Source of the DNA: a virus
Lineage: Duplodnaviria; Caudoviricetes
Virus record (IMG/VR): IMGVR_UViG_3300032243_001875
Coordinates: 1-44,817 of that record
Length of the DNA stretch: 44,817 nt
Reading direction: 5' to 3' (one strand)
How positions within the stretch are numbered: the first letter of the stretch is position 1; each line of letters starts with the position of its first letter. Shown here one piece after another: positions 1 through 7,869 of the stretch. The translations under genes and the position numbers were made by a program. A model generated the notes under the pieces. The model made no database searches, had not been told where the DNA came from, and saw only the letters and a list, made by a program, of their open reading frames with translations.

Positions 1-303
1 ATTGCTCTTGCGATACTGAGTATCGTAAATCTCAGCAAACGGATCTTTCTTGTGAATTTCTTTCACAATCTCGCTTATTTCAGGATTGAATGAACGGTGC
101 AAGTTCAAAAGTCCTGGATTGTTTTTGATGGCTTCAAGAACCTGTCGAGTTGTGTAATCGCTGATTTCAAAAAGACGCTGTATACGTCGATGGCTGATTT
201 CAAAAGTAATTGATACTTTCAAGACATCGCCATCTTCGCCACCCTCAAGCGTCTCGGCTACATATTGACTAGGAATCTTGTTTGTCCTGTAAGTGTTGCT
301 CAT
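1..303 (-). CDS. hypothetical protein (partial, runs off window start)
   Basis: Manually read open frame MSNTYRTNKIPSQYVAETLEGG... from ATG at 303 with no stop before position 1; directly preceded by a sigma70-like promoter. Confidence 0.75.
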   Translation of the reverse strand, partial: MSNTYRTNKIPSQYVAETLEGGEDGDVLKVSITFEISHRRIQRLFEISDYTTRQVLEAIKNNPGLLNLHRSFNPEISEIVKEIHKKDPFAEIYDTQYRKSN

Positions 304-310
304 AGTGTAC

Positions 311-338
311 AGTATACTGCTTCTGGGACGGAAGTCAA
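311..338 (-). promoter_or_regulatory. sigma70-like promoter TTGACT-N16-TATACT, ATG 7 nt downstream (leaderless)
   Basis: -35 at 333-338 and -10 at 311-316 on the minus strand. Confidence 0.7.
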
Positions 339-772
339 GTGTCCTTCCAAAGTTTATCGCGAATAATCATCTGAACAGCAGCACGTGAAATTTTGAATCG
401 CCTTGCCAGTTCAGATTGATTTATGCCGTTTTTCCATTCAAGACGAATTGTCTGGGCATCTTGTTTTGTGATGCGAGAATTTGGATTTTTTTCTCCTACA
501 CGACTGGGGAAGCGCTCCTTATTCTCCTTCCACCACTGTCCACGCGGAACGATCTTAATGTGTTCGGGGTTTACGCATGTCTTGCATCCACAGGTGTTTA
601 CTACAACTCCACCTTTGTACGCTTGACCAATGATCGCAAGTGCAGCACGACGAACATCAATGGGGATGCCCTTGTAATTAAAGACACCGTAGTCATAGCG
701 AGTGTGCCTTCCGCCGACCCACTGAATGCAATTACCCGATGACTGACACTTAGAATAAAAAGCACTAGACAT
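335..772 (-). CDS. HNH-endonuclease-like protein with C-terminal HTH, probably catalytically degenerate
   Basis: CIQWVG...YGVF, TCGCKTCVNPEHI, GEKNPNSRIT and QSELARRFKISRAAV match phage HNH+HTH architecture; start moved to the ATG at 772, which overlaps the upstream stop. Confidence 0.7.
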   Translation of the reverse strand: MSSAFYSKCQSSGNCIQWVGGRHTRYDYGVFNYKGIPIDVRRAALAIIGQAYKGGVVVNTCGCKTCVNPEHIKIVPRGQWWKENKERFPSRVGEKNPNSRITKQDAQTIRLEWKNGINQSELARRFKISRAAVQMIIRDKLWKDT

Positions 773-1391
773 GGACTGTCTCGCTCCGCGCACGGGCAAG
801 AAGCTCCATGCAGTCATCGTGGTCAAAACATAAACACATCACACGCTCCCAGTACTCGATAGGAGTGGTCATGCCGTCTTGTTGCAAAGACTCAACCCTT
901 GCTTTCAGCCACATTTTTTCATAATGATGGCGAAGATCAATAGATACAAAAAGCCAATTATAAACAGAATTGGGAATAGTATTGGATGCGTGAAAGTGAG
1001 TCGTGTCATCAACCCTGTAAGGTGGAAGCCCCTTTAAGTAATCCATTTCAAGATATCCAAAAGAGTGCGTCTCCACGCTATTTGATCCAGTTAAGATTCG
1101 CTTGGAGAAACTTTCAATAGGAGCATGATTTCCGCGCATTTCCCTCGGAAACCTCATGTACATTTCACACAATAATCCGTATGCACTGAAGGTTTCAAGT
1201 GAATACGCGACCTGAGTTTCAGTCTCTGAACTGTAGAGATCCATCTCGTTTCTCAAATGAATTTCATGCAAATGAAAATAATGACTCAAGCGAAGCATCT
1301 TTTTATTTGCCCGCAAATAGTCAATCCACATCTGCAGCCTCTGATGAAAGAGTCCGATGTCCGCGTGAGGAATAGAGTCGTAACTTTTCAT
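765..1391 (-). CDS. hypothetical protein
   Basis: 208-aa ORF tiled in a minus-strand run. Confidence 0.7.
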   Translation of the reverse strand: MKSYDSIPHADIGLFHQRLQMWIDYLRANKKMLRLSHYFHLHEIHLRNEMDLYSSETETQVAYSLETFSAYGLLCEMYMRFPREMRGNHAPIESFSKRILTGSNSVETHSFGYLEMDYLKGLPPYRVDDTTHFHASNTIPNSVYNWLFVSIDLRHHYEKMWLKARVESLQQDGMTTPIEYWERVMCLCFDHDDCMELLARARSETVHV

Positions 1392-1396
1392 GTCAG

Positions 1397-1564
1397 TTAA
1401 ACTTTTGAAGTTTTTTTCTTCAGATTTTTAACCAACTGGATTAAACGCGCCCTCATTGCCAACTCTTCAGCAGGATTGGTAGAGTTTGTCAGTGCAAGCA
1501 TTTTGAGACAATCTTCAACTGACATAAGAAGACTGGGAGTAGAGACAGTTTTTTTGCACTTCAT
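1397..1564 (-). CDS. small hypothetical protein (MKCKKTVS...)
   Basis: ATG at 1564 lies 6 nt after a -10 box. Confidence 0.6.
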   Translation of the reverse strand: MKCKKTVSTPSLLMSVEDCLKMLALTNSTNPAEELAMRARLIQLVKNLKKKTSKV

Positions 1565-1570
1565 ACTTTG

Positions 1571-1598
1571 ACTATAGCACACAGGACGCGCTTGTCAA
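1571..1598 (-). promoter_or_regulatory. sigma70-like promoter TTGACA-N16-TATAGT with extended TGn, leaderless start
   Basis: -35 at 1593-1598 and -10 at 1571-1576. Confidence 0.75.
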
Positions 1599-1647
1599 GC
1601 AGTAAAGATGACTGCACATTAGATTACAAAAAGTACACACCACAGGA

Positions 1648-2007
1648 TTACACTTGTTCTGAATCTTGGTTTTCTTTTTGTACTTTTTTTAACTCATCTT
1701 TAGTCACAATCGAGTTATGGATTTCATCGTATCCACACCTCATCGCTATGGTGTACGCGTCAGGATCAAAACCAAAAACCTGATATAGAACATACCTGTA
1801 TGAGCCCCTATCTTTAATGTCGCCTTTGTGGATACGCTTACAAACAGAGTAAAAGGCTTTTAACTTATCTTCGTATGGGAGTTTCTCCCAGTATTCATCC
1901 GCATCATTGTCGTACTTCTTCTGTTCTTCTTCGATGGCATTGCACATTTCTATGCAATCCATGGACTCCATCAGGCGAGAAACTTTCTTTTTTTCTTCTT
2001 CGCTCAT
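1648..2007 (-). CDS. hypothetical phage protein
   Basis: 119-aa ORF, ATGA overlap with the upstream gene. Confidence 0.75.
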   Translation of the reverse strand: MSEEEKKKVSRLMESMDCIEMCNAIEEEQKKYDNDADEYWEKLPYEDKLKAFYSVCKRIHKGDIKDRGSYRYVLYQVFGFDPDAYTIAMRCGYDEIHNSIVTKDELKKVQKENQDSEQV

Positions 2008-2255
2008 CGCTTTCCTTTTGCGGTCTTTCGTTTAACGCTACTCCGACTAATTTCAACTTCTGCGAGCTCTTTTTCAAGAAGGTGAATTCTCACGGATTGT
2101 ATCAATCCCAGTGCTGCAAGGCAACCAGAAAAAAAGCGAATCCAACCATCTGTTGTAACAAACATCATCATTGCCATGATCGATAACCAACATATCGCTG
2201 CCTGAAGCAAAGCATTTGTCACCAAACCGAGTATCTTGTTCAGTGGATTTATCAT
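2004..2255 (-). CDS. small membrane protein (2 predicted TM segments)
   Basis: Start reassigned to MINPLNK after AAGGAGA SD; two hydrophobic stretches and a basic tail. Confidence 0.65.
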   Translation of the reverse strand: MINPLNKILGLVTNALLQAAICWLSIMAMMMFVTTDGWIRFFSGCLAALGLIQSVRIHLLEKELAEVEISRSSVKRKTAKGKR

Positions 2256-2265
2256 TTTTTCTCCT

Positions 2266-2514
2266 TTATTGTGTTTCTTCCAACTTTTTAATTTCCAATA
2301 CTTTCTCACCAGTCTTGTAGTCCAAGATAGGTTTTTTAAATGCCTCAATCATCATGCCAATGATGTCATGCATTTCTTCCAAACTTGAACCTACAACGCC
2401 TACAGGGTCTTGCGTCCATCCCATCTTGCCATCAGAATCATAGTAAACTTCATGAATGGCATAGGATGCTTCTGATTCATTTTGATAACACATGACCCTG
2501 TAGTTCCACGGCAT
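2266..2514 (-). CDS. conserved phage hypothetical protein (WNYRV...IHEVYYD)
   Basis: 82-aa ORF with a motif I recall from phage hypothetical proteins. Confidence 0.75.
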   Translation of the reverse strand: MPWNYRVMCYQNESEASYAIHEVYYDSDGKMGWTQDPVGVVGSSLEEMHDIIGMMIEAFKKPILDYKTGEKVLEIKKLEETQ

Positions 2515-2516
2515 AA

Positions 2517-2873
2517 TTAGTCTGGACTTTCTTCAAGCATCTTAACGTAAACCTTTAGATTACGTTTTTTTGCTTCATCAATCATATGTCTTGTTCCGCG
2601 AGACTTACCATCCCATATTGCAATCAGTGCGTCAGCGTTGTTCGCCATCACGATGTTTCGCATGATACCAGCGGCATTGCCGTACTTGGTCCAGTTTGCA
2701 GGGTGCTCCTCTACCTCAACCTTGTTTGCCTCAGCCCATGATTTTCCAAGTATGTCAGCGCCACGAGCGCCACCACAAAGAACGGATGAAATCTTAAACT
2801 TTGACTCTTTGATCGCTTGTGCAATCAAGCTTCCATCTTTAATCGTTCGTGATCCTGCAATTATAACTCTCAT
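2517..2873 (-). CDS. DUF2493 / YspA-like SLOG family protein
   Basis: MRVIIAGSR, GGARGAD, AAGIMRNIVMA and WDGKSRGT motifs. Confidence 0.85.
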   Translation of the reverse strand: MRVIIAGSRTIKDGSLIAQAIKESKFKISSVLCGGARGADILGKSWAEANKVEVEEHPANWTKYGNAAGIMRNIVMANNADALIAIWDGKSRGTRHMIDEAKKRNLKVYVKMLEESPD

Positions 2874-3061
2874 GTTTTACCTGCTTTCAGTGCCTTGATT
2901 TCTGCGTCAAAATCCTTCATCAACTGTTCGCGCTCCTTGCACAACTTGTCGTAGCGCTTGTCGTTTTCGTCTTTACCATCAGTCTCAATTTTTCCGATGT
3001 TCTTGCAGACATCTCCATATGTGTAGAACATCTCCTCAATCTTCTGAAAGTCCTTAGCCAT
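2870..3061 (-). CDS. small coiled-coil hypothetical protein
   Basis: 63-aa ORF with AGGAG SD and ATGA overlap. Confidence 0.7.
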   Translation of the reverse strand: MAKDFQKIEEMFYTYGDVCKNIGKIETDGKDENDKRYDKLCKEREQLMKDFDAEIKALKAGKT

Positions 3062-3078
3062 TACTGACTCCTTCTATC

Positions 3079-3522
3079 TCAGTGCCTAGAACGCTTGCCA
3101 CCAACGAGCAAAACTCCCACCATTATAGCAGCAAAGCCAGCAGGGGATGGGCAATCTCCTCCACGTCTGCATTCAATTTCACCTGTTGATGGAGAAAAAG
3201 ACATTGCCAATCTTTCCACGCGATCAAACTGTATAGGCATAGAAAACTGTTGGTTTACCATAGTTACGGTTTTGGTTAGATGGCCATTCAAGAAAAGTCT
3301 ATGAATCCAGTAACCTTCAGAATTTCCCATAAACATAGTGTGCGGCAAATCAACCCCATTTGTCGGAGGGCTTATTGCGACACCAGTTGGAGTTGGTGCG
3401 GTGTATTCAAGTCTAAACTCAAGAGGAGACGTGAATTCATGATTTTGATAAAGACCGTTTTGCGCCTCTGTCGTGTAAAAGAAATTTCCGTCACCCAATA
3501 AGGTGGTGTAAGCGTATCCCAT
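3079..3522 (-). CDS. protein with PEP-CTERM-like C-terminal anchor (PSPA-hydrophobic-KRSRH)
   Basis: C-terminus CPSPAGFAAIMVGVLLVGGKRSRH; likely start MGYAY at 3522 after AAAGGA. Confidence 0.65.
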   Translation of the reverse strand: MGYAYTTLLGDGNFFYTTEAQNGLYQNHEFTSPLEFRLEYTAPTPTGVAISPPTNGVDLPHTMFMGNSEGYWIHRLFLNGHLTKTVTMVNQQFSMPIQFDRVERLAMSFSPSTGEIECRRGGDCPSPAGFAAIMVGVLLVGGKRSRH

Positions 3523-3559
3523 TGCTTCATCCTTTCGATTGAAAATCAGTGCTACAGTA

Positions 3560-3730
3560 TTATTTGCGATGTCTTTCGATTTCTCGCACAAGTGAATCGA
3601 TGCATTCCGCAGCGACATCGCTTCCTTGCTTACGCAAAGAATTTGCTATCTTTGTTGCGTTTGCAATTTTTCTAAGTATTCTTATTTCTTCCGTCAAACT
3701 TTTGTGTTCATTGTGAATGTGTTCATCCAT
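3560..3730 (-). CDS. small hypothetical protein (56 aa, not in ORF track)
   Basis: Manual translation MDEHIHNEHKSLTEEIRILRKIANATKIANSLRKQGSDVAAECIDSLVREIERHRK, AAAGGA SD; fills the gap. Confidence 0.65.
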   Translation of the reverse strand: MDEHIHNEHKSLTEEIRILRKIANATKIANSLRKQGSDVAAECIDSLVREIERHRK

Positions 3731-3753
3731 AACGATCCTTTGATTACATTGTC

Positions 3754-4167
3754 TTACAATATAGTGCTATTGTTTTTACAAACTTCGTATCCTAATTTTT
3801 CTTGACAAGACGAACACAATGTCTTGTACCATCTTTGTCGGATACTCAAAACACCAGCAGCGCCACATTCATCACAGGTTTTAGAAGATTCTGCTTCTGC
3901 TTCATTAATCATTTCATAAATTTCCATATCAGCGTTCATTGCATAAAAGCGCAATGATCCAAACTTTTCTTTTATTTGCTCAATAACAAAATCTTTGTTG
4001 GCATCTGCATCGCAGGTGCGGAGATGATTTTCTATCTTAGAAAAAAGTGTGTCTATGAGCACAATCCATCCATCGCCGCAACGGAAATCAAGTCCGTAAC
4101 TGCACTTGTTTTTGAAGCATAACGGGTACTTTTCTTGCCAAACTCCTATCGGATCTCTTTCTTCCAT
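3754..4167 (-). CDS. conserved phage protein with QIKEKFG.LRFY motif and C-terminal Zn ribbon
   Basis: CGDGW, QIKEKFGSLRFY, CDECG and CSSC. Confidence 0.8.
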   Translation of the reverse strand: MEERDPIGVWQEKYPLCFKNKCSYGLDFRCGDGWIVLIDTLFSKIENHLRTCDADANKDFVIEQIKEKFGSLRFYAMNADMEIYEMINEAEAESSKTCDECGAAGVLSIRQRWYKTLCSSCQEKLGYEVCKNNSTIL

Positions 4168-4168
4168 T

Positions 4169-4729
4169 TCATTGAATCCCTGAACATGAATGGCAATAAC
4201 AATTCATAGCAACAGCACTAGCAGAGCCAACATTGATACTGCGTACAGATCCGTACTGCGGAATATAAAGTATATGATCGCACATGCCAAGAACGTCTTC
4301 AGGTATGCCGATTTGCTCCTGTCCGAATACCATGATGTAATGAACTTGTGAATCAAATTTAAAGTCATTGATTGGTGATGCATGATTTACGTTATCAATT
4401 CCGATCAGTTGTACCGATCCGCAACGTCTTCTGGACTCAAGAAAATATCCCAGATCGCCAATAGCACGTACATGACGAAAATTGGTATAGTGATGAGTGC
4501 CGACAGTGCCCCGGCGATCATATTTTTTATTACCATAAATCACGACCTCTTTTGCGAGAAACGCATTAGCGTTACGTATGACAGTAGCAATATTGAAATC
4601 GTTACCAATATTGCAACAAATAACTGAATAATTGAATCTCTTGTCGTCAAGATCTGCTCGGATAGCATCGTCGTTCCAGTACTTGTAGTGATCTATAATA
4701 TTTCTAGTTTCTTTTAAGACTTGTTCCAT
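4169..4729 (-). CDS. TrmH/SpoU family RNA 2'-O-methyltransferase (SPOUT)
   Basis: NIATVIRNANAF, VFGQEQIGIP and IPQYGSVRSINVGSA match the three SpoU motifs; start 4729 or 4744. Confidence 0.88.
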   Translation of the reverse strand: MEQVLKETRNIIDHYKYWNDDAIRADLDDKRFNYSVICCNIGNDFNIATVIRNANAFLAKEVVIYGNKKYDRRGTVGTHHYTNFRHVRAIGDLGYFLESRRRCGSVQLIGIDNVNHASPINDFKFDSQVHYIMVFGQEQIGIPEDVLGMCDHILYIPQYGSVRSINVGSASAVAMNCYCHSCSGIQ

Positions 4730-5157
4730 TTTTCCAAAATCCAACTAGATGAGTTCTTCTTATCTTCTCCGCCAACTCCAAATGTAAATGTAAGATTGTT
4801 ATCGTGATAATCCATCTCTGGTATGTTTTTACCGTTACGGTCTCCACCGTTTGCAAAAACAATATGAGCATCAGGGTGGGCTAGTCGCACTTTGTTAATC
4901 GCATCTTTTGCGCTGTTGTCGTCATCGTTAAAGGCAATCACTGCATCAACGCCTTTTATGCTTGATATGATCGTTGCTCTTTCTTCAAAAGGCAAAAATG
5001 CTTTGCCCTTTTTTCTGATCAGCCATGCATCTGAATTTACCCCCACAATCAACATGTCATTAAAGCTGCTGGCCCATTCTTTTGCAGCTTTGATATATGA
5101 AATATGACCACTGTGTATAGGATCGAAACCACCAGTAATAAGGACAATCTTTTTCAC
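4714..5157 (-). CDS. cytidylyltransferase-like protein (TagD/RfaE-II family)
   Basis: TGGFDPIHSGH (HxGH), VGVNSD, FANGGDR and KKNSSSWIL. Confidence 0.88.
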   Translation of the reverse strand: MKKIVLITGGFDPIHSGHISYIKAAKEWASSFNDMLIVGVNSDAWLIRKKGKAFLPFEERATIISSIKGVDAVIAFNDDDNSAKDAINKVRLAHPDAHIVFANGGDRNGKNIPEMDYHDNNLTFTFGVGGEDKKNSSSWILEKWNKS

Positions 5158-6161
5158 ACGTAAACCTCCTGAGTAATCTTCTCTTTGTCGCCAGAATATA
5201 TTGACGACTCTATGTCGGTATTTGCGTGCAAAACAAGTCGTATGAAATCCTTCATTTCATTGAGAGTCTTGAATTCTTGCACATTATCCTCATGAATTAA
5301 CTTAAACACTCCAACTTTCTCAAGAACATCGCACTTGTTGACAATGAAGTCAGTGCATCCAGAAAGATTGATTGATTTGACAAGGCAATCAAGATTAAGC
5401 CAATTCACAAGTCTTTTACGACCAGTAGTGGAACCGTACTCTCCGCCTTCATGGATAATTTCGTTTAGTGTTTTGTCTTCCCATAAAGAAGTTGGAAATC
5501 TTGGATCAGTGCCACTCTTTGTGTCGTAGATTTTCGCAACACCAATGAGCTTCCTAATTTTCTTAGGAGAGAATCCAAGTGAGCAAGCCCCATACGGCAT
5601 TGTTGTGCTACTTGTGACATACGGATAATCTCCGTGGTCAATGTCGAGCCACACGCTTTGTGCGCCTTCGCACAGTATGCGACCGCTCAACTCTCCATTC
5701 CAAAGATACTTGGAGTCAAGTACGTCTTTTGCCATCTTGCCACAACGCATCATTTTGTCTGCGTAGCACGGAGCAATGCCTTGTCCTGTGGTACCAAGCT
5801 TTGGTTTGAGAAACAGCAAATCTTCTTCAATATGCTCTTTAGTAATGACATGCGCATATGGCGATACAGCAATAAGGGATGTGTCAAATCCTGCATTTTT
5901 CAGATACTCGATTTCTTCGTAGAATTTTTCAACATTGATTACGCAGCCTGGGCCAACTACGCACTTCTTGCCTTTGAAAATTCCAGAAGGCACTAGGTGC
6001 GTCTTAAATTTTTCACCATTGATGTAAACAGTGTGGCCAGCGTTGGGGCCACCGTTCCATCTGCACACATAGTCATATTCTCCTGCAATCGCATTAGCGA
6101 TCTTTCCTTTTCCTTCGTCGCCCCATGCGAGGCCATAGATTACATCAGTATATTCAATCAT
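5154..6161 (-). CDS. purA: adenylosuccinate synthetase (short form)
   Basis: WGDEGKGK P-loop, GGPNAGHT, GTTGQGIAPCYADK, EGAQ, YPYVTSS, STTGRKR and NKCD. Confidence 0.93.
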   Translation of the reverse strand: MIEYTDVIYGLAWGDEGKGKIANAIAGEYDYVCRWNGGPNAGHTVYINGEKFKTHLVPSGIFKGKKCVVGPGCVINVEKFYEEIEYLKNAGFDTSLIAVSPYAHVITKEHIEEDLLFLKPKLGTTGQGIAPCYADKMMRCGKMAKDVLDSKYLWNGELSGRILCEGAQSVWLDIDHGDYPYVTSSTTMPYGACSLGFSPKKIRKLIGVAKIYDTKSGTDPRFPTSLWEDKTLNEIIHEGGEYGSTTGRKRLVNWLNLDCLVKSINLSGCTDFIVNKCDVLEKVGVFKLIHEDNVQEFKTLNEMKDFIRLVLHANTDIESSIYSGDKEKITQEVYV

Positions 6162-6179
6162 TTTCTTCTCCTATGAAAG

Positions 6180-6263
6180 CGGACAGAGAGGGATTCGAAC
6201 CCACGGAGGTATTACCTCGGCGGTTTAGTAAACCGCTGCCTTAAGCCACTCGGCCATCTGTCC
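6180..6263 (-). tRNA. tRNA-Ser with anticodon ACT (rare)
   Basis: GGACAGATGGCCGAGTGGCTTAAGGCA GCGGT-TTACTAA-ACCGC, long variable arm, GGTTCGAATCC, G73; no encoded CCA. Confidence 0.85.
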
Positions 6264-6266
6264 AAA

Positions 6267-6348
6267 AGCGTAGTGAGGGGCTTGCACCCATGCTCAATCA
6301 TCGCCTGCAGGACAATGATCCTAGCCAGCGTCACACACTGAGCTACGC
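6267..6348 (-). ncRNA. non-canonical tRNA-like cloverleaf RNA inside the tRNA array
   Basis: Closing stem GCGTAG/CTACGC; hairpins CAGTGT-GTG-ACGCTG, ATCATTGTC-CTGCA-GGCGATGAT and GGG-TGCAAGC-CCC at T-arm spacing. Confidence 0.55.
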
Positions 6349-6354
6349 AAACAG

Positions 6355-6437
6355 TGCGAGCGGAGGGATTCGAACCCCCGTAGGCATAAGCCAGCAGATT
6401 TACAGTCTGCCCTCGTTGGCCGCTTGAGTACACTCGC
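6355..6437 (-). tRNA. tRNA-Tyr(GTA)
   Basis: GCGAGTG...GCAGA-CTGTAAA-TCTGC, variable arm, GGTTCGAATCC, A73. Confidence 0.93.
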
Positions 6438-6440
6438 AAA

Positions 6441-6513
6441 TACCCAAGGTCGGGATCGAACCGACGACTTCTTCCGTGTAAAGGAAGCACTCTAGCCGCT
6501 GAGTTACTCGGGT
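6441..6513 (-). tRNA. tRNA-Val(TAC)
   Basis: ACCCGAG...CTTCC-TTTACAC-GGAAG...GTCGG-TTCGATC-CCGAC. Confidence 0.92.
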
Positions 6514-6531
6514 GAATATAATTCAAAAAAG

Positions 6532-6604
6532 CTCCTCCGACTGGATTTGAACCAGTGACCCGAGAGTTAACAGCTCTCTGCTCTACCAGCTGAGCTACAG
6601 AGGA
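6532..6604 (-). tRNA. tRNA-Asn(GTT)
   Basis: TCCTCTG...GAGAG-CTGTTAA-CTCTC...ACTGG-TTCAAAT-CCAGT, G73. Confidence 0.93.
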
Positions 6605-6609
6605 AAAAG

Positions 6610-6683
6610 TGACCCCAGAGGAATTCGAATCCTCGTTTTCGCCGTGAAAAGGCGGCGTCCTAACCGGGCTAGACGATGGGGCC
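6610..6683 (-). tRNA. tRNA-Glu(TTC)
   Basis: GGCCCCA...CCGCC-TTTTCAC-GGCGA...GAGGA-TTCGAAT-TCCTC. Confidence 0.9.
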
Positions 6684-6741
6684 GACATACAAGCATTCAT
6701 ATCCATTGCTTCATCCTAGTAGGACGTATTCTTTTTTTATT

Positions 6742-7056
6742 TTAGAGCACCATGCCGTACTCTATTGTGAGCGACCTGTGGGATGGGCTCCATCTGGCAC
6801 TTGTGCAACGTATCTTGCTTGTCAAAAGGTAAAAAAGTAAATCACGATCATCTTCAGGCATGTGTATTTCTATCTCTGTATTTGATGCCAGAGATACAGT
6901 GCCTCCAAGTTTTTCAATTTTCTCAAAATGGGACTTCCAGTCAGAATGACAATAGGATTGATTAGAAAAATCACATCCACGACCTCTTTTCAGTTTTTGC
7001 AGCTGATATGTCCACATTGATTTCGATTTCTTTGGTTTTAATAATTTCTTTCCCAT
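6742..7056 (-). CDS. hypothetical protein
   Basis: 104-aa ORF; GTCGATA motif 8 nt upstream of the ATG. Confidence 0.7.
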   Translation of the reverse strand: MGKKLLKPKKSKSMWTYQLQKLKRGRGCDFSNQSYCHSDWKSHFEKIEKLGGTVSLASNTEIEIHMPEDDRDLLFYLLTSKIRCTSARWSPSHRSLTIEYGMVL

Positions 7057-7121
7057 ACATTTGATATCGACAAAACAGGTGCAGGAGGTCTTGAAATTCG
7101 AAAAATAGTAATTACTTCAAT

Positions 7122-7838
7122 ATGAATTGGTATAAACTAGCACAAAATTCAGACGCTCCAGATGTAAATGACAAAGAGACTCCAGAAATTGTCAATTGGA
7201 AAAATAAGGAAGAAATGTGGGATGACATACAAAGTTTCCATCCCAAGAGCCGTGCTGACGACCAATTCGCTCGCAACTATAATGATATGAAGGTCTTCAG
7301 AGAAAGCTTTTCCTACGCAGTTCCATCTCATGAAGCCATGAAAGAACTTGTGCAATGGATTGGCGGATCAAAGGTGATTGAAATAGGAGCAGGAAGAGGC
7401 TTGTGGGCTCGCCTTTTAAGCGAAGAGGGAGTGAACGTTGAGGCTTCTGATTTATACGAAATACCAAAAAACAAATTCTTTTCACCGCATGGCGCCAATT
7501 CAAATAGTAAAGACAATGCTCGCATAAATCACGTATTTTTCAACGTTCAACAAATGAGCGGCGATGAACACGCAAGAAAATCATCTACAAACGATATTCT
7601 TATGATGGTGTGGCCATATTTCACTGAGAATGATGACGAAGGAGAAGATTGGCAGTCAATGGCTCTCAAGAACTTCAATGGTTCAAAATTCATTTTTGTT
7701 GGAGAAACAGAAGGTGGAGCAACTGGCAGTCCTGCTCTATGGAGAGCATTAAGCAAGAACTGGCGCTACGAGGGCGGCATCGACATCCCACGATGGCAGG
7801 GGATAAGCGATCACATACAACTGTATGTAAGAAAATAA
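7122..7838 (+). CDS. class I SAM-dependent methyltransferase with MNWYKLAQ N-terminal tag
   Basis: VIEIGAGRGLWARLL motif I; FVGETEGGATGS. Confidence 0.8.
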   Translation: MNWYKLAQNSDAPDVNDKETPEIVNWKNKEEMWDDIQSFHPKSRADDQFARNYNDMKVFRESFSYAVPSHEAMKELVQWIGGSKVIEIGAGRGLWARLLSEEGVNVEASDLYEIPKNKFFSPHGANSNSKDNARINHVFFNVQQMSGDEHARKSSTNDILMMVWPYFTENDDEGEDWQSMALKNFNGSKFIFVGETEGGATGSPALWRALSKNWRYEGGIDIPRWQGISDHIQLYVRK

Positions 7839-7869
7839 GTAAGGCTGGCACTTGCCAGCCTTACTTATT
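7834..7869. terminator. perfect 17-bp inverted repeat between convergent genes (putative bidirectional terminator)
   Basis: AATAAGTAAGGCTGGCA-CT-TGCCAGCCTTACTTATT. Confidence 0.75.

Noticed and set aside
5154-6161. PurZ (2-aminoadenine DNA pathway)
   Set aside because: The P-loop is GDEGKG with the catalytic Asp of PurA, not the Ser of PurZ/PurZ0, and no dATPase or MazZ-like neighbour is visible.
6267-6348. Theta/HDV-like ribozyme or tRNA-Sec
   Set aside because: I could not find the nested double pseudoknot or L3 motif of HDV-like ribozymes, and there is no UCA anticodon or long variable arm.
6212-6706. 164-aa ORF in the track
   Set aside because: It overlies the tRNA array on the same strand; a shadow ORF.
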